A stretch of 64,000 bases of DNA, taken from assembly GCA_002391565.1 (NCBI GenBank), contig DGFH01000301.1, forward strand, positions 8,122 through 72,121, given 5' to 3'. The translations under genes and the position numbers were made by a program. This document shows, one piece after another, positions 30,706-43,100 of the stretch; position 1 is the stretch's first letter, and every line of letters begins with the position of its first letter. The notes below the pieces were generated by a model, which made no database searches, had not been told where the DNA came from, and saw only the letters and a list, made by a program, of their open reading frames with translations. Origin of the DNA: Anaerolineales bacterium UBA3905. GTDB lineage: Bacteria > Chloroflexota > Anaerolineae > Caldilineales > Caldilineaceae.

Positions 30706-32514
30706 CTAGATGACCTCTTCGCTGCGTTCGCGTTCGTAGACGGCGCGCTTGTCGCCCAGATACTCAGGCGCCGGCACATCCCACCAGCCCGGCGCCTGAC
30801 CGCCCGAAGCGCCATGCTGCATGTCGATCATGACCTCCACCACGGCCGGACGGTTTGCCGCCAGCGCCTCGGCAATGGCTTCAGCCACATCGGCGGCGGC
30901 GGTGACGCGGCGGCTGTGGGCGCCAAATGCCGCGGCGATGTCGGCGATGTGCGGCGAAATGGGGTGATCATCTTGCTCGAACATGACGCCATAATTCGCC
31001 TGGTCGCCAAAGACGATCTGCTGTAGATCGCGGATTGCCTGCCAGCCTTGATTGTTGAACACGATGGCAACCACCGGGATATCGTACTGCACGGCGGTGG
31101 CTATCTCTTGAATCGTCATCAGGAAATCACCGTCGCCGACCAGCGCCACGACCGGGGCGTCTGCTCGCGCCAGGCGCGCGCCCAGCGCGGCCGGATAGGC
31201 CCAGCCCATTGTACTGAAACCGCCTGCGGAGATGTAGGTGCGCGGCAGCGTGAACGCCATTTCCTGGAAGACCTGCGCCTGGATATTGCCTGACGACGTG
31301 AAAACAATGGTTTGCGGCGGCAAGACGCGGCGCGCCTCAGCGATCACGCGGCCCATGGTGGGCGGGTTCGCCGTCGAGGTGGCCTGGGCGCGGAAAGTTG
31401 CCTGCCACTGGCTGACAACGTGTGCGATCTCCACTGTGTAGGGACTTGCCTGCCAAGCGCGCGGCGGGGTCAATGCCGCCAATTCCCGTAGCAGGTCGCG
31501 CAGCACAGCGCGTGCATCCCCCACGATGCCGACTGTCGCCGGATAGTTCTTGCCGATCTCGAAGGGATCGATATCGACATGGATCAGTTGCGTTGGAGGG
31601 ATGTTGAAGGCGTAGCCAGGACGGTAAGACGAAGTCGCTTTATCGGCAAAGCGCACACCAACCGCCAGAATGACATCGGCCTGCGTCGTGAGGTGGTTGC
31701 CACAGGTTGTGCCGTTGCTGCCCATATGCCAGCCGTACAGCGGGTGATCTTCCGGGAACGCGCCTTTGCCTTGCATGGTGCTGACCACAGCCGCCCCGAC
31801 ATGCTCGGCGAGCTGACGCACCTCCGCCTCCGCCTGGGCAATTACAACGCCGCCACCGACCAGGATGACGGGACGTTGCGCCTGATTGAGCAGGGCAGCC
31901 GCCTGGACGATCGCCGCTGGATCACCGGTGGGCGCGCCGCGCGGTCGCCGCGTGGTCGGATCGGGCAGATCGTGTAGATCGACCGACTCGGCCTGCACAT
32001 CCATCGGCAGCGTGATGACCGCCGGGCCGGGGCGTCCGGTCAACATGGCGTTGAAGGCCTGGCTCATGGCGCGCGGCAGTTGTCGCGGCTGATCAATGCG
32101 CCAGGCGCGCTTGACGATGGGATCGAATGTGCGCGGGAGATCCGACCAATATTGACGGTCGATCTCCTGCAGGACGCCTACGCCGCGCATGTAGGTGTGC
32201 GTCTCGCCGACGAGCAGCAGCAGGGGAATCGAATCGACGTAGGCGGTCGCCAGTCCGATGGCGGTGTTGGCGGCGCCTGCCCCGATCGACGTGTAGACGG
32301 CTAACGGACGACCGCAGGCGCGGAAGTAGCCATCCGCCATGTGCACGGCCGCCTGTTCGTGGCGCGGCATGATGACCTTGATCGCTTCCTGGCGACGGCG
32401 CAGTGCATCCACCAGCGGCAGATTGCCATGACCAGGAATGCCGATCGCAAATGGCACGCCTTCCCGCACCAACATTTCCACGACAATTTCCGATCCATTC
32501 AGGCGTAGTGACAT
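30706..32514 (-). CDS. ThDP-dependent enzyme (acetolactate synthase/IolD-like superfamily)
   Basis: GIPGHGN, RHEQAA, SIGAGAAN, ThDP motif GDGDF...IVFNN. Confidence 0.88.
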   Translation of the reverse strand: MSLRLNGSEIVVEMLVREGVPFAIGIPGHGNLPLVDALRRRQEAIKVIMPRHEQAAVHMADGYFRACGRPLAVYTSIGAGAANTAIGLATAYVDSIPLLLLVGETHTYMRGVGVLQEIDRQYWSDLPRTFDPIVKRAWRIDQPRQLPRAMSQAFNAMLTGRPGPAVITLPMDVQAESVDLHDLPDPTTRRPRGAPTGDPAAIVQAAALLNQAQRPVILVGGGVVIAQAEAEVRQLAEHVGAAVVSTMQGKGAFPEDHPLYGWHMGSNGTTCGNHLTTQADVILAVGVRFADKATSSYRPGYAFNIPPTQLIHVDIDPFEIGKNYPATVGIVGDARAVLRDLLRELAALTPPRAWQASPYTVEIAHVVSQWQATFRAQATSTANPPTMGRVIAEARRVLPPQTIVFTSSGNIQAQVFQEMAFTLPRTYISAGGFSTMGWAYPAALGARLARADAPVVALVGDGDFLMTIQEIATAVQYDIPVVAIVFNNQGWQAIRDLQQIVFGDQANYGVMFEQDDHPISPHIADIAAAFGAHSRRVTAAADVAEAIAEALAANRPAVVEVMIDMQHGASGGQAPGWWDVPAPEYLGDKRAVYERERSEEVI

Positions 32515-32517
32515 GGT

Positions 32518-33588
32518 TCAGCCTTTCGCAAGCGTGACAGCCTGTCCCAGCCGCGCCGACTCCTGCGCGGCCAGGGCAAAGCGCAGCACCTCCCGCCCTT
32601 GCTCGCCGGTCAAGGACGGGGCGGCGCCGGCAAAATAGGCGTCGATCATGTGGCGCGTCGAGTTGATGAAACTGTGTTCCCAACCCACCGGCATATCAGA
32701 GAAGGTGCGCGTTTGCCGGTCTCGGTAGAGCACCACCGGCGGTGCGTCGAGCATCTTGCCATGGCCGCGCGTCACCCAGATGACGCCCTTGGCGCCGGTG
32801 ATTTCGATGCGGTCGTCCTGGGCGTAGTGCTGCGTATCGAGCACCAACTCAGGCGAGTAGACCACCTCCAGCGCGCCGACGCCGCCATTAGCAAACTTCC
32901 ATGAGATGATGGAAGGTGAGTCCAGGATTGCCCCAGGAAAGACTTCCGTGGCGCCGATCCAGGCGTGCACAGCTTCCGCCTGCCCCATAAAATGCCAGGC
33001 CAAGGCAAACTTATGATGGCCGTCATCGAAGACCAGCGGGCCGCCGCCATTCTGCGCAGGATCAAAGCGCCAGATTTGGGCGGCAAGGGGCACCTGCCAG
33101 GCGTTGGGGCTGGTGGCGGCGTTGCTCTTGATGCGAATCGAAAGCGGTTCGCCAATCTCGCCGGCGTCGACCAGCGCCTTGGCGCGCTGCACGGGCGGAT
33201 AAAAAATGAAATTCTCGAAGACTTTGAACATCACCCCTGCGCGTTGAGTGGCTGCGATCATGGCGTCGGCCTGTTCCACACTCAACGCCATCGGTTTTTG
33301 CACCGAGACGTGTTTCCCTGCCTGCGCAGCATCCAGGACAGCCTGGTAATGCAGATGATGGGGCAGCAGAATTTCCACCAGGTCGACCTCAGGCAGCGCC
33401 AGCAAGTCATGGTAGTTGGTGAAAATAGCATGCGCAGGCACGCCCCACGCACGCCCGCGCGTTTGCGCATTTTCTGCAACCATATCCGCCACGGCCACAA
33501 TCTCGGCGCGTGGGTTGGCAAGATATTCGAGCGCGTGCAGGTCGGAAATGCGACCGGCGCCAATGATTCCGACACGTAGTTTTTCCAT
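32518..33588 (-). CDS. Gfo/Idh/MocA family oxidoreductase
   Basis: IIGAGRIS, LLPHHLH, AGKHVSVQKP, DDGHH. Confidence 0.9.
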   Translation of the reverse strand: MEKLRVGIIGAGRISDLHALEYLANPRAEIVAVADMVAENAQTRGRAWGVPAHAIFTNYHDLLALPEVDLVEILLPHHLHYQAVLDAAQAGKHVSVQKPMALSVEQADAMIAATQRAGVMFKVFENFIFYPPVQRAKALVDAGEIGEPLSIRIKSNAATSPNAWQVPLAAQIWRFDPAQNGGGPLVFDDGHHKFALAWHFMGQAEAVHAWIGATEVFPGAILDSPSIISWKFANGGVGALEVVYSPELVLDTQHYAQDDRIEITGAKGVIWVTRGHGKMLDAPPVVLYRDRQTRTFSDMPVGWEHSFINSTRHMIDAYFAGAAPSLTGEQGREVLRFALAAQESARLGQAVTLAKG

Positions 33589-33632
33589 GTTACAACCTCA
33601 ACGTTTGGTTAGATTACCTTGATTGATGGGTT

Positions 33633-34502
33633 TCATCCCTTCACCGATCCCAGCGTCAAACCGCGAATGAAGTAACGCTGGAAGAAGATGAAGACCAGAA
33701 GCGTGGGAATGCTGGCAATGATCGCCATGGCGCCCTGGACGCCGTACGCCACGCTATACTGCCCTTTGAGCGACGCCAGCCCGACCATGATCGTGCGCAT
33801 CTCGTCCGACTGTGTGAAGATGATCGGCCAGAGGAAGTCGTTCCAAATCCACGTGAACTGCAGCGTAGCCAATACGGCGATCGCTGGCAGGCTCACCGGC
33901 AGCATCACGCGCACCAACACCTGCCATTCGTTGGCGCCATCGATGATGGCTGCCTCACGGATAGCATTGGGCACAGCTGCAAAGAAGTTGCGCATCACCA
34001 GAGTGCAGATCGGAATGCCAAAGGCGGCGTGCACGATGATCATCGGCCAGAGGGTGTCATACAGATGTACGGCATTGAAGAGGCGAAAGAGCGGGATCAA
34101 CACGATTTGTGGGGGATAAAACATGCCCGCAACGACAAAGATAAACAGCGCCTCAGAGCCGCGAAAGCGGAGCTTGCTGAAGACATAGCCGGTCAGGATG
34201 CCTAACAGGATCGAAACAAAGGTGGCTGGGATGGTCACCAGGAACGAGTTGCGCGCATAGACGACCACATTGCCGCCCACCCACGCCTCGGTGAAGTTTG
34301 TGAACCGCAGCGCATCTGGCAACGCCCACAGCCCATCGCGCGCAATCTCCTCAGTGCTCTTGAACGAGGTCAAGACGACGCCGATCACCGGCAGCGAATA
34401 GAGCACGACAAGCGCTGTCAGCACCCCGTAGAAGAGGATGCTGCCAGCCTCCTTGCGTGATTTGGCGGCGACGCCTGTTTGGGTCAAGGTCACATCAGTC
34501 AT
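33633..34502 (-). CDS. Carbohydrate ABC transporter permease (MalG-type)
   Basis: EAAIIDGA loop, WNDFLWP; ATG at 34502 overlaps the upstream stop. Confidence 0.9.
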   Translation of the reverse strand: MTDVTLTQTGVAAKSRKEAGSILFYGVLTALVVLYSLPVIGVVLTSFKSTEEIARDGLWALPDALRFTNFTEAWVGGNVVVYARNSFLVTIPATFVSILLGILTGYVFSKLRFRGSEALFIFVVAGMFYPPQIVLIPLFRLFNAVHLYDTLWPMIIVHAAFGIPICTLVMRNFFAAVPNAIREAAIIDGANEWQVLVRVMLPVSLPAIAVLATLQFTWIWNDFLWPIIFTQSDEMRTIMVGLASLKGQYSVAYGVQGAMAIIASIPTLLVFIFFQRYFIRGLTLGSVKG

Positions 34503-35376
34503 AGAGCCGATCCAGCGCCTGCACCTGGCGGAAGTAGAAGACAATGATCACCAGCGAAATCGCAAAGAGCACGACGGCGATTGCACTGCCATACCCCATG
34601 TAATACTTCTTGAACGATTCCGTGTACATGAACATTGCCAGTGTGTCCGATGAGTGGAAGGGGCCGCCTTGCGTCATCACATAGACGATATCGAAGCTCT
34701 TGAGCGAGTTGATAATCGCAAGCGCCATCACAACCACCGTCGCCGGCAGCAAGAGTGGAATCACGACGTGACGCAGCCCCTGCCAGTAGGTGGCGCCGTC
34801 GATTTCGGCGGCTTCAGTCAATTCTTTGGGCACGGAAGTCAACCCGGCAAGAAAAATGACCATGGCAAGGCCGGTCTGCTGCCAGGCCCACGCCACGATC
34901 ACCGCCAGCAGTGCTGTCTGGGGATCGGCCAACCAGGCGCGCGTCCAGTCTGGTGCGCCGAGGCCTTCCAGGGTCACGTTGATCAGCCCCCAATCTGGGT
35001 GATACATCCAGATCCAGACCTGGCCGATCACGACCAGCGACAGACAGATCGGCAGGTAGAAAAGCGACTTGTAGAGGTTGCCGGCCACGCCGCGACCATT
35101 CAGCGCCAGGGCAATCGCCAGCCCACCCAGCGATGGCAACAAAATCGCCGCCGCCATCCAGATGACCGTGTTGCGGATTGCATTGGCAAACAGTGGGTCG
35201 CGCCCAATTTTGAGGAAATTGTCCAGCCCGACGAAGTTATAGTTTGGATTAAAGCCGTTCCAATCGGTCAGGCTATAGTAGAAAGAGACCAGCAACGGCG
35301 CCACAACGATCACTGTGTAGAGCGCCAGTGGTGGTGTGAGAAAGAGCGCTGCCCAGAGTGTACGCGACCGAGCCAC
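34495..35376 (-). CDS. Carbohydrate ABC transporter permease (MalF-type)
   Basis: FVGLDNF, EAAEIDGA, SLKSFDIV; CAGGAGG RBS before GTG 35376. Confidence 0.9.
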   Translation of the reverse strand: MARSRTLWAALFLTPPLALYTVIVVAPLLVSFYYSLTDWNGFNPNYNFVGLDNFLKIGRDPLFANAIRNTVIWMAAAILLPSLGGLAIALALNGRGVAGNLYKSLFYLPICLSLVVIGQVWIWMYHPDWGLINVTLEGLGAPDWTRAWLADPQTALLAVIVAWAWQQTGLAMVIFLAGLTSVPKELTEAAEIDGATYWQGLRHVVIPLLLPATVVVMALAIINSLKSFDIVYVMTQGGPFHSSDTLAMFMYTESFKKYYMGYGSAIAVVLFAISLVIIVFYFRQVQALDRLYD

Positions 35377-35503
35377 GTCCAATCCTCCTGCAAACCATCT
35401 GAGTTGGTGGCGACTACCATAGAGCATAGCCGCCACCGGTGTACGAATGAGCTACAAGCAGTCTTGAGGAGACGCCTGCCGCCGGCAGCTTACTGCGCGT
35501 CTG

Positions 35504-36807
35504 CTACTTGCCAAAGACTTCCTTCGCCACATTCTCGGTTTCAGCCAGATAGTCGGAGTATCGGGACGGGTCATTCATGAACTGCGCAAACATGTTTAGC
35601 CCGCCCTCAGCCATTGGCGGCGTCGTCGCCAGATCATAATTGAAGGCAAAGACCTCGGCGTTCGCCACCTGCTCGTTGGCCTTGCTCATCACCACATTGT
35701 AAATGCCGGGATCAACCTTCATGCTCGGTGCAAGCGCGCCTTGCGCCTGGGCCCAGTCAGCCTGCACCTGTGGGTCAAGCAGATAAAGCAAAAGTTTTTC
35801 CGTTTCGGGTTTATGCTTGGATGCGGCGGTCATCACAAAACCATCAACCGGGCCGAGCGCTGCGTTGGGCACCCCCTCTTGCATGGCCGGGAAGGGGAAG
35901 AAGTCATAATCCTCGCCTGGGGTCAGTTGTTGCCGTTCCAGTAGCCGGTAATCCAGGTGCCCATGAGCGTCATTGCCGCCTGGCCATTGGCGACCTGATC
36001 GGCGGCGTCGGTCCAATCATAGGCATTGGCATTCGCGACAAAGTAACCGGCGTCCGCCAGGCTCTTCCAAAGTTCCATCGCCGTCATCACCTCAGGGTCA
36101 GTGTAGGTCGCCTCGCCAGCCATCAATTTAGCGCGGTATTCGGGGCCTGCCGTGCGCAGGAGCAAATAATCGAACCAAAATTGCGCCGGCCAGCGATTCT
36201 TGGAGCCAAGCGCAAAGGGTGTGACGCCCGCGGCTTTGAGCTGCTCGGCGACTGCCAACATCTCATCCCAGGTCTCAGGCATCTTCGTAACGCCGGCTGC
36301 AGCCATGACCTTTGGATTGTAGAACATGCCTACATAGTGATAGCCGATAGGAATCAAATACTTGTTGCCATTGTAGGTCGATGCGCCTGCCGCAATGCCA
36401 GCGGGGATGACTTCGTCCAGGTTGTTGGCGGCCCACATCTCATCGATCGGCGCCAGGCGTCCGCCGTCAACCACAAACTGCGTGCGTGCGCCCGCCCAGT
36501 AGGAAAAAGCATCGGGCGGATTGTCACCTGCCAGAGTGACAAGAATCTGCGTCTTGAAATCTTCGTGGCCAGCCGAGTTATCGATGGCTTCGATGCCGGG
36601 GTTAGCGGCATTGAAGCCGTTAAGAATTTTGGACATGGCCTCCTTGCCCAACGTGTCGCTGAAATAGTGGATCACGCTGAGCTTGGTCACGCCGGCGTTG
36701 GCGTCACCGGCGCTGCCGGCTGGGCTGGCAGGCACAGTCGTACACCCAGCAAGCAGCGCAGCGACAACCAAAAGCAACGGCATTGCTTTCCCAATTGACC
36801 TGAACAT
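35504..36807 (-). pseudogene. Sugar ABC substrate-binding lipoprotein split by a 1-nt frameshift near 35926
   Basis: Lipobox LAGC; N-part stops at YWNGNN* (35923); C-part LTPGEDYDFFPFP...EVFGK continues in another frame; one added C restores the ORF. Confidence 0.8.
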
Positions 36808-36853
36808 AGATCTCCTCCATTGTGATAAAATAGGAAGAAACGGAACGAAAGAA

Positions 36854-36873
36854 ATGTGGTTACGTTTTCACAT
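36854..36873. promoter_or_regulatory. Putative LacI-family operator
   Basis: ATGTGGTTACGTTTTCACAT: central CG, right half CGTTTTCA matches LacI-family TGnAAnCGnTTnCA; just downstream of the operon -10. Confidence 0.65.
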
Positions 36874-36882
36874 CGCCGCCAC

Positions 36883-36911
36883 ATCATAGCGAAATTCACA
36901 GGCAAAGTCAA
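36883..36911 (-). promoter_or_regulatory. Sigma70-type promoter of the sugar operon
   Basis: TTGACT-17 nt-TATGAT on the minus strand. Confidence 0.75.
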
Positions 36912-36931
36912 GCATTATTTCGCATATAATC

Positions 36932-36960
36932 TTGAATAACCGGAAAAATTCAGCTAGAAT
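36932..36960 (+). promoter_or_regulatory. Sigma70-type promoter of the LacI regulator
   Basis: TTGAAT-17 nt-TAGAAT. Confidence 0.7.
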
Positions 36961-37033
36961 CAATATGAAAATTTTGATTTATTTTTTCACATTAAATCAT
37001 CCTGGATGACAATGAGACGAGGCTGACAAGGCA

Positions 37034-38065
37034 ATGCGACGCAAACAGGAAGTCACTATAGTGGATGTTGCAATGGCGGCAGGGTTATCCCCGAGCACAG
37101 TTTCACGCGTGCTCAATCAAAAGGGCTACTACAGCGCCGAGAATGAGCAGAAAGTGAGACATGCCGTCGAGTCACTCGGGTATCGTCCGAGTTGGAGTGC
37201 GCGTTCGCTCAAAGGGGCGCCCACGCGCGTCGTTGGCTTGATCATTCCCGATATTTCGAATGTCTTCTATACGACGTTGGCGGGCGCGCTGCTGGCGAGG
37301 ATGCGCGTCCTGGACTACGATATGATCCTGTGCGTCAACGACGAAAACGCCCAACTTGACTTGAACTACCTGGAAATGCTGCAACAAAAAGGGGTGGATG
37401 GCATCTTCTACACTCACCCGGCGCATGGCAATAACTCTGTCCACGTTCGCCGTCTGGTCGCAGAAGGGCTGCCCATTGTGGAATTAAATCGCCAGCGTGA
37501 GAAGAATTTTCTGGATGCAGTGTTGCCTGACAACTTTCGCGGTGTGCACCAGGCCGTCGAATATCTCGCCAGTTTGGGACATCGGCGCATTGGCTTCATC
37601 AGCGGTTCCGCGGAGATCACCACCGGTCATGAAAGGTTGCTTGGTTATCAGAGCGCTGTGCGGCTGCTAGGACTCGACGACGATCCGGCGCTACTCAAAA
37701 TTGGCGCTTTCACGCGCCAACACGGTGAACAGGCAACGGCAGAACTGCTGGCCCTGCCCAATCGCCCGACAGCGCTGATTGCGGGCAGCAATCGCATCTC
37801 CATGGGCGCCCTTATGGTCATGGGACAGGCGGCAATTCGCATCCCTGACGACATGTCGGTAATCGGCTACAACGACACCGAATGGTTGACTGCCTGGAAT
37901 CCACCGATCACAGCGGTTGATATTGCTGTAGATGAAATGGCGCAGCTTGCTGTAGACTTGCTGCATCGCCGCGTCAGTGGCGGCAACGGCGGCGACGGCA
38001 AGCCTGTCACTTACCACCTGAGTACATCGCTCATTATTCGTCAGTCGTGCCGGAAGATCGGGTGA
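37034..38065 (+). CDS. LacI family transcriptional regulator
   Basis: TIVDVAMAAGLSPSTVSRVLN HTH, hinge ARSLK, periplasmic-binding-fold effector domain. Confidence 0.95.
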   Translation: MRRKQEVTIVDVAMAAGLSPSTVSRVLNQKGYYSAENEQKVRHAVESLGYRPSWSARSLKGAPTRVVGLIIPDISNVFYTTLAGALLARMRVLDYDMILCVNDENAQLDLNYLEMLQQKGVDGIFYTHPAHGNNSVHVRRLVAEGLPIVELNRQREKNFLDAVLPDNFRGVHQAVEYLASLGHRRIGFISGSAEITTGHERLLGYQSAVRLLGLDDDPALLKIGAFTRQHGEQATAELLALPNRPTALIAGSNRISMGALMVMGQAAIRIPDDMSVIGYNDTEWLTAWNPPITAVDIAVDEMAQLAVDLLHRRVSGGNGGDGKPVTYHLSTSLIIRQSCRKIG

Positions 38066-38238
38066 CGATCGTCAAGCCGATCTGACCGGCGCAACGTCAG
38101 CTATCTTCGCCGCGTCGGCGCAGAGAAAGCAAAACGCAATCCTTATATCTGCGCGCTTTGTAGTTTTGCCTCTGCACATCTCTGCGCCTGAGCGTCGGAG
38201 TTTGTACTCTTCAATCTGTCTCTTCGCCCAGACAACCC

Positions 38239-39753
<1,515 letters not shown>

Positions 39754-40137
39754 GTGGACACCTCTTCGTCGTCCATTCGATGGTGATTCATTGCCGCAGC
39801 CTTGGAGCAAGGCGGATTCGATGGCTGTCATCTTATCGCAGGCGGATGCTGATAGCAAAGCCCCATCCCTTTCCGGGCGTCGTTCCTGTTCAGCGCAACT
39901 TACATCCATAGCAACATTGCTCCACCAATTTATCTAACCTTTTCTGGAAGAAACCACTGTCACATGGTGCTACCATCGTAAGCTGGCATCGATGTTCAAC
40001 GCCACGGGATGACCCAGACGCAACATTCATCTTGATTCGGTTTTGATTTCGGTTTGATGAGCGTTCAAGCTGACTTGCATACCATCATGACAACGAATGT
40101 TTTCATCTTCACTTCTTCTGCTCATGGAGAAATGTCT

Positions 40138-43100
40138 ATGCAATCGAATACAGCAACCAGACGGAAATTCACAGGGCTGAGTATCCTCACGCTGCTGGTG
40201 ATGCTGACCGCAGCGACGATAGCGCCAGCCACGACTCAGGCGCAAGGCGGCGCTCCGGTGCTGGCGTTGTCGCATAGCGTCAGCCAGGAGCCATTGCTTA
40301 GCGGGCAAGTGGCCTTCACGTTAAACGTGCGCAACAACGGCGCCGTCGCTGTGACCGATCGCGGCTACAACCTGACCATCACCGACACCTTGCCCGTTGG
40401 CCTCACCTATGTCAGCGCCGATCCGGCGCCCACCAACGTCACCCGCCAGGCGGACGGCGCAACCGCGTTGACGTGGGATAACATCGCCGACCTGGAGGCC
40501 GGCGAAAGCCTGAGCATCAACATAATCGCTTCCCTGGCGAACACGGTGACGGTCGCCAACGACATGGTGAACCGCGCTGGCGCCAAAGTGAACACGATGC
40601 CCGACAACAGCGGCGCCTGGGTGACAGCCTTCAGCGAGTTGTCCACGCGCCCACAGGCGATCGACATCGAAGCCAGCATTCTGCAATCCACCGCCGACGA
40701 ACAGGCGACGGGCGCCGGTGAATATGCTACGGCGCCAGGTCAGAAAGCTGGCGCGGATTGGCCCTTCCAGGTGCGGGTCACTGTACGTAATAACAATGTG
40801 GGCGCAACCAGCAACGTCGTCGCGCGCGTCACGCTGCCAGCAGGTCTGGCTTATCTGGGCAATGTCACAATCAGCCCGAACCCGAACAGTGTCTCAACCA
40901 CACCGACGCTGACGCGCAAACCGGGCGGTGCGCTGGAGCTAAGCTGGGCGCTGGGCAACCTCACGACCGCACAATACGCCACCCCGCTTGTGATCACCTT
41001 CCAAACTGCCATTCCTTACCGCTATCGCAGCAACGCAGATACTGCAGCGGGCGCCGGCCCCTATGCCGGGCCAATGAGTGGCGAGATCATCCCGGAAGAT
41101 GCAGTAATGGCGGTGCTCTATGAAGCCAGTGGCGCCTACGCCAACGCTCCGACGGCGGATGGCTCAGAATCGACGCCAGACGACGACCCGCCTGCGCAGA
41201 CGACCGCCGAGATCATGACGGTGGACAAGAACGCCTCACCCACCACCGTCGGCATCGGCACGGAAGTCACCTTCTCACTCACCTACTACGTCTCCGAGTA
41301 CTACACCGTCACCAATGCCTCGCTGGTGGATGTCCTGCCCGATGGGATGATTTACGTCGATGGCAGCGCCAACCTGACGCCGGTCAGCGTGACGCCGGGC
41401 TTGCCGGGCGCCGGTCAGACCACCATCGTCTGGGCGCTGCCCGCCGAAGCAACGACGCCGGGCGCCAGCGCCGCCGTCACCTTCCGTGCACTGGTCGACA
41501 CCACCTACGAGGCGGCGCCGCTCACCGGTCAACCCATCGTCTCCGGCGACAGCCTGACCAACCGCGTCACCCTCAGCGGCGACTGGGCGGATGCAGTGAC
41601 AGCGGAGCGGCTGGGCGCGTTGACGCCCGATGTCGCTTCCGCCACGGTCAACACACGCATGCCGGGCTTCAATAAGGAGGTCTTCAACCCGTTGACGCAG
41701 CAATGGGGGAGCAGCGTCGACGCCTATGTCGGCGACACCGTGACCTTCCGCCTGACCTACGCCAGCGCCGCCGACATCGACGCCAGGAACATCATCATCC
41801 GCGACTTCCTGCCGCGCGGCATGACCTACATCGACGGCAGCGCCACGCACACCGTCAACGGGACATTCAGCAACGGAAGCAGCTGCACTGCCGCGCCACA
41901 GTCGCCCACAGTGGGCACGCTGGGCGGGCTGCAATATCTGGAGTGGCGGTTGTGCAACGCTGCGCGCGGCGCCACCTGGGAGGCGCAAATTCAGGCGCGC
42001 GTTGGGCCGGAGCCGAACGTACAACCAGGCTGGATCGTCGCCAACTTTGGCAAGCTGAGCGGCGCCAACAGTTACGGCGAGAATTACAGCCTGCGCGCAA
42101 TGGCGATCACCAACTACAAAGCGCCGCGCCTGGTGCTGACCAAAAGCGCCACGCCCAGCAGCAACCTGCAGGCCGGCAGCGTCATCAACTACAGCATTTC
42201 GGTGCTCAACGTTGGAGAAGCCACCGCCTACAATTTGAGTGTAATCGACACCGTGCCAGCGTCGCTGATCATCCCCAACAGCGGCGGCTCCGGGGCGCCC
42301 AACGCTGCCACTTACACAGCCACCGCAGGCGACCCGGCCTCGGGTGCGGGCGGCGTGCTCATCTGGACGACGGTCGGTGCGCTGGCGCCGGGACAGACGC
42401 AGACCTTCACCTACCAGGCAACGGTGGCGGCAGGCTTGCCCGCCGGCGCAGCGCTCAACAACTTGGCGAGTGTGGCGTACAACAGCCGCAGCGATAACCA
42501 GGGACACGCCGTCACCCACAGCAGCAATGTCGATGATGACCAGACCGACGACATCACGGTCTACATCAAGAACCTGACGATTACCAAGACCGGCGCCCGC
42601 GTTGGTGGCGAGGGTGCGGCGGAACAGGTCACCATCGGCGACACCATGCGCTGGACGCTGACCGTCACCGTGCCTACCGGCGTCATCGCCTACTGGCCTG
42701 TCGTCGAGGAAAATGACCTGCCGCCAGGCTTCAACTACGTCGCCGGCAGCCGCGCCATTGCAGGCGCCAGCTTCGACGACGCGCATCACACCGCCAACCC
42801 CAAGATCAGCACGAACCCGACCGACCTGCGCTTTTATCTGAACACGGTCGACAATACGGCGGGGTCAACCCCTTACGTCTTCACGCTGACCTTCGACGCC
42901 ATCGTCACCGGTGTGCGCGCCGACCAGCCGACGACGATTTACTACACCAACAACACGGTGCTCAACGACGCCCTCAACACGACCTACATCGGCTGGTATG
43001 ACTCGATCAACGGCTACAATGGCAGCGGCTACGCCTACGACGCCGGCTTCGAGACCAACCGCATCGATCGCCGCAGCCCGCGTGGACGCTTCACCGCCAA

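Noticed and set aside
34654-36798. Long antisense ORFs (308 aa, 356 aa) and similar shadows elsewhere, e.g. 41275..42789
   Set aside because: Typical of high-GC DNA opposite well-supported genes; no motifs or RBS
39775-39894. Leader of the ALDH7 gene with GCTGA/TCAGC pairing and a repeated ATTCGATGG, considered as a lysine or c-di-AMP riboswitch
   Set aside because: Conserved aptamer motifs and length do not match either family; pairing is short
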